NCBI GenBank assembly: GCA_002104905.1
Contig: MCFE01000677.1
Coordinates: 1 to 47,045, forward strand
DNA length: 47,045 bases
DNA from: Basidiobolus meristosporus CBS 931.73
Taxonomy: Eukaryota; Fungi; Basidiobolomycota
Reading direction: 5' to 3'
The notes below the pieces were generated by a model. It had not been told where the DNA came from. It saw only the letters and a list, made by a program, of their open reading frames with translations, and made no database searches. The position numbers and the translations under genes are program-made. This document shows, in pieces, positions 38,043 through 47,045 of this stretch (position 1 is its first letter; the number at the start of each line of letters is the position of its first letter).

Positions 38043-38461
38043 GCGTCAAGTATTGCCCGATTGACCCAAGATTTCATTTGCAAGATATCGGCTAACCCTT
38101 TGGGTTGGCGAAGTCTTAGAAGGGACCAGAATTGCCAAATCCCTCTACATAGCCGAAACTTTGTGGGACTCTTCTGTTCACCATTCGGTTTACGTGGTTC
38201 TTCAACAGTGAGAACGCTTTATATGAGCTCAACATACCTCCATATGAATGCCATAAAGTCCTCTAGTTTGTCCAGTCACTTCCAGTAGGCCTCAAAATCC
38301 TGCCACAAAAACCATACATCCCATGTGGGGTGCTCAGTGCACTGGATGTTTAAATCACGGCCTGACCATTTTAGAGTTTCATGTCATTTTCACATGGGTA
38401 CATCGTATTTTTGCGGAACCATTATATATGCAACCAGCTCAATTGGTAACAGGGGCATAAA

Positions 38462-38652
38462 TGTTGTAAACTTTGTAATTCCACCTAAACATTCACCCAA
38501 CTTAGTCGCAGTCTACAAATCTCAGTGAATTCTGCCCAAATTCCCCGATGGGATTTACTTGCAATATTTCATCAAAATATCTGGTACGCAGGACATGAGA
38601 AATAATGACCAGGTTAGGTGAATAGTTGGGTGCAATTGCAAAATTTACAACC
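38462..38652. repeat. Two copia LTR 5' ends joined head-to-head, forming an imperfect inverted repeat
   Basis: TGTTGTAAACTTTGTAATTCCACCTAAACATTCACCCAACT from 38462 matches the reverse complement of 38612-38652 at 32 of 41 positions; both resemble the LTR start at 45490. A polypurine tract (TTGAGTGGGAG on minus) abuts 38652. Confidence 0.7.
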
Positions 38653-39208
38653 CTCCCACTCAACCATAATACTGGGATTAACTAGTCCCAACCGTGGTCC
38701 AAGATACACAAGTTTGTCTCTAGCTAATGGTTTTGTTGATACATCTGCCTTCAATTCATCTGTAGGATGGTAAACTAAGTTGGTTAAGCTGTTTTGGATA
38801 GCTTCCTATATGAGATGATGTCATATATCTATGTGCTTATCCCTAGTATGAAAAGTTGGATCTCTACCTAATGTTTTACATTCTTTATTATCTGGAAATA
38901 TAGCAGTATAGTATTATTGACTTACACCTAAATCTTTAAAGAGCTTTTTCACCTACATTGCTTCTATTGTGGCCTTACAGGTGGCCATAAACATTGCCTC
39001 TGTGATGGAAAGTGTAATGGCTGGTTACAATCTTGAGTTTTATGATATTCCACCTTTACAACAGAGAAAGGTGTATCCTGTGGTGGATCTTCTGACTACT
39101 TGATTTTGCCCCCCAATCTGCAGCAGAGTGTTGTAAAAGATCCAGCTCTGAATCAATATAGGTGTAACTTAAGCAGCAATCTATAGCCCCTGTAAGGTAT
39201 CTGAATAC
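38653..39208 (-). mobile_element. Ty1/copia RT C-terminus and RNase H remnant with PPT
   Basis: Minus-strand reading VFRYL..ADWG..RSTTGY..LSITEAMFMA..FHTRDKHIDI*HHLI*E..DELKADVSTKPLARDK, with stops and a frameshift. Confidence 0.85.
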
Positions 39209-39553
39209 TGTTGCAACATTCTGGGGAGTATTGGAAGTGATGTGGAGAACTACAGGATTTCATGTTATTCACTTGTGGATTTATTGATCAAAACTAAAGT
39301 ATTTGTACTTTGGATAAAATAAGTCAAGTTAGTGTGTGGGCTGTTTAGGAAGGTCCAAGAATAAATGTGCTTCATTTGGGGCCCTTTGGACAACATTGCA
39401 TATGGTGATAATCTGGGAACATGATAATTTAGTGAGAGTATTTTCAGTAAATCCCAACAAGAAATTTGGTCAGGACAGATTGCTAATTACAGAGTAAGAT
39501 CTATGCAACTAAGTTAGCATAAATATTTAGGTGACAACTTAGCAATCACAACA
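39209..39553 (-). repeat. Isolated copia-family LTR (345 bp)
   Basis: On minus it starts TGTTGTG and ends TGTTGCAACA; internal blocks (CTGACCAAATT.CTTGTTGGGATTTACT, GTTGTCCAAA, TCACTTCCAATA) match the 45490 LTR. No matching TSD, PBS or PPT beside it. Confidence 0.75.
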
Positions 39554-39759
39554 AGTGTCTGCTTAACTGCAGCAACATGATCAGATTCATACTTCTGAAA
39601 GTTCATGAGATAAAGCAAGAGACTACTGTACCATACTCCCCACAGCAGAATGGAGTAGCAGAATGTGCAAACAGATCAATGATTAATATGACAAGATCTA
39701 TGATCCATGATCAAAAAGCATCCTATGATTTTTGGGCAGAATCTGTTGCCACTGCTGTA
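39554..39759 (+). mobile_element. Ty1/copia integrase core remnant; continues at 45474-45489 after the gypsy insertion
   Basis: QETTVPYSPQQNGVAECANRSMINMTRSMI...FWAESVATAV, resuming as (AV)YLN on the far side of the gypsy element. Confidence 0.85.
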
Positions 39760-42700
39760 TGTGGGTTATCACTGACTGTACTTTAGTTGTAACACAGCAA
39801 CTTGGTGGATTGCATGGGTTAACTGGCCAGTGTATTTAATCCGTTTGTGTATCTTCTCTAAGATGGTTCCTACTTGGAAATGCGGTTCAAGATGTTTGCA
39901 AATTTCTTGGAGGAGTCCTTTGATTGAGAGTTCTACTTCTGGTGCTCTTGCGGCTCATACCAGGTCTGCATATACCTCAACAACCATAGTACATATTAAT
40001 GGCAAGTATGCAACAGAACAGGGGGGCTCTTGAGGTCTTGTAAGGGTGTGACAGTTGATTCCTTGTGCCTTCTGTCTGACTGTGTCCAGTATGGATATGG
40101 GAATTAGTGCGGCGTCCTTCTCCTTAATGATCAAGGAACATCCTCTTAGGTGGTACATGGTCTTCTTGGGTAGTATTTCCATGCTTCATATTGGTGTAGG
40201 TAACTTGTCTTGTCCCTCTATGATTGTGTCTTGTATCAATGTAACTGCTCCAGCAAACAACTCTATAGGTGGCTCTTGTTGCATGTAATGCTTGTACCAT
40301 ATCTCTCAACACTTGCAGGTTGGTCTTGTTTTTGATATCATCTTGATTCTTGCTGGTGGGAGGGGTATTGCCAGTTTTGGGTCAACTGTTTCCTTTGGCG
40401 CTTTCCATATGCATTCTTTTGTTCTCCCCTTTGGGCAAACTTCCTTGCACATATCATTTGTACCTATATTGACTAAAATCTCCTCTAATAAACTTTTATG
40501 TATCCTGTGTCTTCCTCTATCCTTGTCCTGATAATTGTTTAATCACACTTTGGCTTCAGTGATGATTGGTGGATCATCATGAAATGGCTTCAGATGGGCT
40601 GGCGCTACATTGCTGATTGTCTTATTGTTCAGGGTGATGGTGTACTTTGGCCTGTGGTCCAAACTAATAACGGTGCAAGGGCCAATCCATTGGGGTGTAA
40701 ATTGTGGGCAAAACTTGAGGCCTGCAACAATTTGATTGTACCACACTTTATTGCCTGGTTTCCACTTTTGTCCTGTAAGTTTCTCATTTTTGGGTGGAGG
40801 GGGAAGGTGCTTGTCAACATTTTCAAATACTTTTATGTATAGGTGGGCAATACAGTGTATCAACCTTTGTACATAGTTGTTATGTGTCATCAAGGGGGCA
40901 CCTTCCATTGCCAATCTAGCTTCTTCATGCCACTTGGGCCTTTGTCCATACAGAACTTTGTACAGGGAGAAACCTGTTGTTTGATTTGGTATTGTACGCA
41001 TTGCTAGGAGTGTCAGTGGGAGTAGCTTGGCCTATGATTGGGGAAGTTCCCAGTGGAGCTTCTCTAGTATGTGGCAACATGTCTAGCTCATCCTCTTGGT
41101 TAATCCGTTGGTCTGGGGGTGATACCTGGCCACAAAGACCTGAATCACGCCCATCATTTTGCACAAATGGGCCACAGTGTTGTTCAGGAAGGAGCAACCA
41201 TTGTTGGACAGGAGTATCTGAGGATATCTGTGCCGGCAGATGAGGTGTTCTAGAATGAATTGGGCAGTTGTCTTCTGGTCCTTATCTTGGATGGCTTGGG
41301 CTTCTACCTGCTTTGAGAAATAATTGATAGCAATTATTATGCATTGTTCTCCTTTCTTTGTTTTTGTAAAGGGGCCAATGGAGTTGATCCCTACCCAGTG
41401 GAAGGGTAGGTCAAGCAGTATAGGTGCGGTTGTCCCTATCTTCTGACTCCAGTTAAATCTTTTGAAGGTGGTGCATCTTCATAGAATATTCATGACATCA
41501 GTCAACATTTTTTCCAATAAAATGATTTCTTAACATCTTGTATGTTGTTAGGGGGTTAGTGTGTCCTAATGACATATGTCTTTCTTGTATGATTTCTTTG
41601 CAGGCAGTTACTGGGAGTACCTTGACTCTGAACTGTCCTTGGAGGAACCATAACTGGTTTTCTTGTACTTTGTAATGACACCATTTCTTTCAAAAGTCTC
41701 TCTTCTGCTTGTTTGTAACAATGTGTTTGGGATACTTCCCTCTTCTTTTAAAGTAGATTACGTCCTTGTAGTCATTGCTGATGCATACTTGGCAAACAGG
41801 ATAGCAACTGAGGAAGTCTGCGTCTTGATGCTTCTTGCCAGTGCAATGAGTTATTTTGAAGTTGTATTCTTGTAATTGGAGGGCCCAACATGCTAGTCAA
41901 CCGGTAAAGTCTTAAGTTTTCATTAGCCAGACCAGTGTGCTGTGGTCTGTTACTATCATGAATTGGCAACCATCTATGTATGTATGGAACTGTTTAATTG
42001 AATAAACAACAGCCCAACATTCTATCTTGGTAACGGGGTAGTGACATTTGTGTATATTTAGCAAGCAGCTCATGTAACCAATTGGGTGGAATTTGCCAGG
42101 TTAGTGGTATTGTCCCAGTACAGTGCCTATACCAGTGAGACTTCCATCACAGTTAATAGAAAATCTTGCATCCCAATTGGGAGAACGTGACACTGGCAGT
42201 GATGTCAGGGAATGTTTCAGCTGATTGGATGCTCTCTTTTGAGGCTCCAACCACACAAAACACTGGCCTTTTTGTGTCAGTTTGTGTAGGGGGGCTGCTA
42301 TTGTTGCAAAGTTCTTGACAAAGCAGCAATAGTAGCCGGCTAATCCTAGGAATCCCAACACTGCATTAATATCCTTTGGTGCAGGTGTATCTTGAATGGC
42401 TTTCAGGAGAGAAGTAGGGATGTAGTTTGAGTTGGTTCTTGAGGAGGGCTGTCAGGATATGTTGCACATTGTGTATATGTTCTTCTACATTGGGGGAATA
42501 TATTGCAATGTTGTCCAGATACACAAGAGCGCATTCCCATTGTAGATTTCCTAGCACCTTGTCAATCATCCTTTGGAACATAGCGGGGGCATTGCACAAG
42601 CCAAAGGGTAGTTGGTTCCATTTGTATAATCCAAACAATGCTACAAAAGCGGTTTTGGGTCAATCTTCCGGGGCTACTTCTACTTGCCAATACCCAGAGA

Positions 42701-45078
42701 TTAAGTCAAGAGGGCTAAAATACTTAGCTCCAATTAATCTGTCCAAGAGGTTGTCAATTTGCGGTAGCAGATACACGTCCTTCTGGGTGATGGCGTTCAA
42801 TTTTTGGTAGTCAATGCAAAAGCGTTGCTTTCTGTCTTTCTTTGGGACTATCACTACAGGGGAGGCCCGTGGAGACTGGCTCTCTGTAATGATGTTGTCT
42901 TTTAATAAAGGCTCAATTGTATCTTTGATATAGTCTGTGTCAATTTCTGAGTTCCTATAGGCTTGTTGCTTGATGAGGTATTTGTTGGCAAGGCGGATTT
43001 GGTGATATACCCCAGGTATATGACCAATTACTTGGTTCTTAGAGAATACTTGGGCAAGCAGGTGTATTCCTTCTAGGAACTTGTCTTGTAGTGCAGGCAG
43101 TAGACTGGGGTCCACATCTAGTTTGAGGAGATCTTCTTCTGGTTCCTTGTTTGTAGGTGGTCCTTGGTTGTTTCCGTCAACTTCCTCTAGGTTTAACAAT
43201 GGCACACCTCTAGGCAATGTCACCATGTGTTGCCTGTTGTTAACCACTAAGCACTCCAGACTTTGCGTTTCAAATTTTGGTGGTATCCATACTTTAGGGA
43301 TCAAGATTCCTTCCAGTTGCTTGGATGCATTTGCTGCAGTTATCATTCATCTGCTTGTCAATTAAGCTATTGGTGTCACTAATGAGATCACCATCACACT
43401 GGCAGGTGGTATATTTATCACCTTTTGTGTGATGATCAGAGACTGCAATGGTTTCACCTCTTTGATTGTCACATTGATGCTATGCACCTTGCTCTCATTG
43501 GTGATATGTATCAGTGGGATACTTTTGGTATCCCACCTGAGTTCAGATGCACTGTAAAGCATATCCATCTTATGTTGGATAAACCAACTCTCACCAATGA
43601 GTAAGTTGTTGGCTGCAATGGGTAGAAACACAACATCTTGATGTATAATCAAGTTGCCTAGCCAGATGGGCAATTAGGCACCACTCCTACTGTTGTGTCC
43701 AGTAGGTCATTTGCTGGCTATACCCAAATGGTGTTGTTGGGGACTATATTTAACTTTGGATGTTTTGCTAATGATTCTGACATGATCAGCATAGAGGATC
43801 CTGTGTTGATAAGGGCAAGAATCTCCTTATTCTCTATATTTACCTTTACATATGCACCTTTATTTGGTTCTTGCAGGACCGTCTGGTTGACATGAAGGGT
43901 TGTTATCTCCTTTAATCCCTCTATCAGTTCCTTGACTAGATCCGGGGCCAGTCCCAGTAAATTGGTTATTTGGAGGGTTGCCTTGGTTTGCTCTAGTATC
44001 TTCATTATGGGGAATAGGCCATGGGAAGACATACTAGCATTCTTTGATCATTTCAACACTTCTTCCCAAGGCTCATTCTGCACCTCTTCACCTAATTCCG
44101 TGTTCTTTCCTTTTGATGGAACCTCTACTACAGGTTCCTTTGCCTCTTCTCTAGAAGCATCATGTTGACGCTTCTTCTTTTGTACTTCAACTGTTCTGAC
44201 CAGACGACTTAAATTGACTGAGTTCTGTTGGCCTCCTGGCAAGGGACTCTGTCTTTTGATGCCTTCTTCTCTTTTGTGTCTGGTACGGGCTCTTGTCCAT
44301 ACCATTTTTCACATTTGTGGGCTTGGTGGCCTACTTCTCCACATACATAACATGGGCACTGTTGTTGTGGTTGTTCCATCTGTTAGGTCAGGGCTTGTAC
44401 CTGGGCCTTTAAATCTACAACAGCTTCCCAGAGTTTATCACCTTCTTTGGGGACTTCTTGGACATTGTTGAGTAATTCCTCTAATTCACAGTCTTTCAGG
44501 GAGGCAACTTTTTCTTTCTTACAGGGGATCCCTGTCCTTCAATCATTTGTATCACTACAGGGTAGCCCCCATAGCAAGATGATCCTTTGTACTTGTTTGA
44601 CCAACTCTTGCAATGTATTACAACCCTGTTATTCTTTGGATACCCTATGTCTTATTTTGTTGTCTAAGCCCATGATGTAATACCTCATGAGCTGTTGTTT
44701 GGTGATTTTGTCCTTTGGGAGACATTGGACTTGTTGAAGAAGCAGTTCAATGTAGGCTTCATAGCTGTCACTGCTTTTCTTCTGTGAGGACAGTAGAAGG
44801 GCTTTGTAGTGGTATCCTTTGGAATATAGAAAGCGTGTCTTGTGGCTTCTTCTAGTGCATCCCAGTCATCTTTAACTGTTTCTTCCAGCCCATAATTCTA
44901 TTGCCATGCTGACCCTTCCATATGTCTTGTAAACTCCCTTACTTTCTTATTGTCATCCCATCCTGTGTCAACCGCAACTCTCTCAAACTTATCAAACCAC
45001 TCAAGGGCTTTCTCTCTCTTTCCCTTGTATGTGTTTAGTTTGATTGTAGTAATCATTACCTCACTTGTGCTTATTTCT

Positions 45079-45093
45079 GCAGAGACGGCACCA
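45079..45093 (-). promoter_or_regulatory. Gypsy primer-binding site TGGTGCCGTCTCTGC, probably tRNA-His
   Basis: Begins TGG 4 nt after the LTR end. TGGTGCC(G/A)TCTC is complementary to fungal-type tRNA-His 3' ends; tRNA identity is inferred. Confidence 0.6.
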
Positions 45094-45097
45094 AATA

Positions 45098-45473
45098 TGT
45101 GGGTTATTACTGACTGTACTTGGTGAGTGGAAGAGCTTGTAGGTCAGGTCAGTACCACTTGATTCACAATAGCTTCCAATAGAAGGTAGCAAGGTAATAA
45201 AGACTTGTGTTTATTCCGTCCAAATCCTCTTGTCCTCTCACTTGGTTCAATTGGGTAGATATATATATCACTTGGGGGGCTTAGATAATAGACAATGTGT
45301 TCTAAAATAGGGGTGTGACCACCTTCCTGTTATGGTAAGTGTTCTAACTAGATGAGGGCAGGGATAGGAGGGAGGGCGCATGGGGGAATCACAGGGAGGA
45401 TACTGGGGGACTTTGGGTAGGACTCTGGGGAGAACTCTTGGGCAAAGAGTGGGTACTGCATTTAGTACTCACA
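45098..45473 (-). repeat. 5' LTR of the gypsy element (376 bp)
   Basis: Bounded by TGTGGGTTATTACTGACTGTAC and GTACTGCATTTAGTACTCACA (imperfect inverted termini, TG...CA). Its 45098 end matches 39760-39783. Confidence 0.8.
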
Positions 45474-45564
45474 CTGTATACCTTAACAATGTTGTAAAAA
45501 TTGTAATTCCACCTAAATATTCACCTTAGTCACCTAGACCATCACCTTCAAATCCTAGAGAATA

Positions 45565-46201
45565 CTGACTAAATTCTTTGTTGGGATTTACTCAATATAA
45601 CTACCCAGAAAATGAAAATTCTCAAAGCTGTCCAAACAGCCTCAATCTTTGCATACATACTCTTGGGACCTTCCTAGACCTATTCAACATGTTTGTTATG
45701 CCAAGACCATGTAATAGTATAAATACTACTTTTATATTCAATATATCATCAAGTGAAAACCACATAATGTACTTGTTCTCCCAATCACCTCCAATATCTC
45801 TAAGACTCTTACAACAGGTTATGGGCCCCAAGCTGTCACTTTCTTCAATGCCTACTACTGCTATTACTGGAACTTTTCCCTCTGACCAAATTCCTTGTTG
45901 GGATTTACTTAGAATATTTACCCAAAACATGAAAATTAGATAAGTTGTCCAAACAGCCCCAAACTTTGCACACATGTTCTTGGGACCTTCTTTAACCTAT
46001 TCTACATGTTTGTAATGCCAAGACTAGGTAAAAGTATAAATACTACTTTTACATTCAATAAATCATCAAGTGAAAACCACATAATCTACTTGTTCTCCCA
46101 ATCACTTCCAATATCTCCAAGACTCTTACAACAGGTTATGAGCCCCAAGCTGTCACTCTCTGCAATGTCTACTACTGCTATTACTGGAATTTTTCCCTCT
46201 G
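45565..46201 (+). repeat. 317-bp diverged tandem duplication of LTR 3' part + PBS + gag start
   Basis: Parallel ORFs 45578 and 46006 share near-identical text; CTTACAACAGGTTATG occurs with the PBS at 45817 and 46134, 317 bp apart; junction microhomology CTGAC at 45565 and 45882. Confidence 0.88.
45817..45828 (+). promoter_or_regulatory. Half-tRNA(iMet) primer-binding site GGTTATGGGCCC (second copy GGTTATGAGCCC at 46134-46145)
   Basis: Immediately follows the LTR-terminal ACAACA; complementary to the initiator tRNA-Met anticodon stem-loop, the priming mode of Drosophila copia and yeast Ty5. Confidence 0.8.
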
Positions 46202-47045
46202 CTGAAAAGTTGGATGGCTCTAACTACCAAGTGTGGAAGGTGAAGATGAAGATGCTGCTACAAGAAAGAGGCCTTTGGGATATTGTCATGGGAGAAGAAT
46301 GCCCTCCTAAAAATGTGGGAGAGGAAGCCTTAAAGTACCAGAAGAAAGAACAAAGTGCCTTTAACTGCATTTGCCTTAATGTCAAGGACAAATTGCTAAT
46401 TCAATGCTCAAGAGCAAAAACAGCAAAGAATGCCTGGAAAGCATTGGAAGACACCTAACAGTCATGTTCAGCTGCCAAGAAGATGTATCTGAGACAAAAA
46501 TTCTTTACTACAAAGATGCTGCCAGGAGAAGAAATGAAAAATCTAATTAACAGAATCACCCTGCTGGTAGATGAGATGGAATCTGTGGGCGTACCAATTA
46601 CTGATGAGGATGTGATAGTTACCATCCTGAATAGCCTGACAGACAAGTTTCCGGGCCTTGTATCAGCCCTAGAGTCCAGAACTGAAGATTTGACCTTAAA
46701 TTATGTATATGGAAGGCTCCTGGATGAAGAAATAAGAAAATCAAGCGCCAATAAGAAGGTAGCAGAAAATGCTTTAATAAGCAATGATAACCAACAAAGG
46801 AGGTATCCAAGACCCTACAAAGGCAACAGCAACCTATTTTGCTACTACTGCAAAAAGAAAGGACACACATCAGACCGGTGTCTCAGAAAGAAAGATTATC
46901 AGCAAAAGAAGCCTGAATATCAAAATGCTGCAACAACTGAAGATAGACTATTCATATCTGCACTAAATATGACCAAAAACAAGGATTCTCAGACGTGGTA
47001 TATTGACTCTGGAGCTTCTCAACACTTTACCCACCAAAAAGAACT

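Larger units (their letters stand above)
39760..45473 (-). mobile_element. Degenerate Ty3/gypsy LTR retrotransposon (gag-PR-RT-RH-IN) with 5-bp TSD CTGTA
   Basis: Minus-strand order: gag with CYVCGEVGHQAHKC knuckle, protease ALINTGSS, RT (RFCIDYQKLN, LDLISGYWQV, LPFGLCNAPAMFQ, YLDNI), RNase H (FLGLAGYY, CDGS), integrase (INSIGPF, GPY/F-like WIGPC). CTGTA at 39755-39759 and 45474-45478. Only 24 bp of the 3' LTR remain (39760-39783). Confidence 0.93.
45490..47045 (+). mobile_element. Ty1/copia element (5' LTR, PBS, gag, start of protease), cut by the window end
   Basis: LTR TGTTGTAA...TTACAACA (45490-45816). Gag from ATG 46165: KLDGSNYQVWKVKMKMLL..GLW, one in-frame TAA at 46456, LRQKF, CYYCKKKGHTSDRC knuckle, protease WYIDSGASQH. 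Confidence 0.92.

Noticed and set aside
38462-38652. MITE interpretation of the 191-bp inverted repeat
   Set aside because: Both arms match the copia LTR start at 45490, the right arm is preceded by a PPT and RNase H, and no TSD is evident.
40450-40485. ILVNIGTND in the gypsy extension as an SGNH/GDSL esterase block III
   Set aside because: No GDS block I or DxxH block V is visible; one short motif is insufficient.
38695-45473. Classical ascomycete RIP as the cause of transposon decay
   Set aside because: The diagnostic changes I could read are at CpG, not CpA; CpA/TpG are abundant. A CpG-type process is reported instead.

Overview
Eukaryotic, fungal genomic DNA. Spliceosomal introns are short (GT(A/G)(A/C)GT donors, CTAAC branch points, YAG acceptors). 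The gene set points to an early-diverging fungus (Zoopagomycota/Mucoromycota-like; inference only). The first ~36 kb is gene dense and CpG-normal. In order: a group-1 truncated haemoglobin; HMG-box gene A (-); NADP-isocitrate dehydrogenase (+); SLA2 (-); MDM35 (+); HMG-box gene B (+); a short ORF C (-) carrying a degenerate, truncated HMG box; an RRM/2x zinc-knuckle SR protein; a base-exchange phosphatidylserine synthase; RPS15; RPP2; RRP1; a spliced chromodomain protein not visible in the ORF track; a UDP-galactose-type transporter; RPL26; ChaC; SPT2; and two divergent paralogous Npr/Hal-type kinases. From ~38.46 kb to the end is a nest of dead LTR retrotransposons: a Ty3/gypsy element with a 5-bp TSD inside a Ty1/copia integrase, plus several copia LTRs and fragments, all nearly stripped of CpG. 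The main finding is a cluster of two clear and one degenerate MATA/SOX-type HMG-box genes around SLA2, the gene flanking ascomycete MAT loci. The convergent pair B/C also shares an N-terminal motif outside the HMG box. This is a candidate mating-type (sex) locus, possibly a fused homothallic one. It is a hypothesis from synteny and motifs, not shown by the sequence alone. Exon models were read by eye; no database searches were run.
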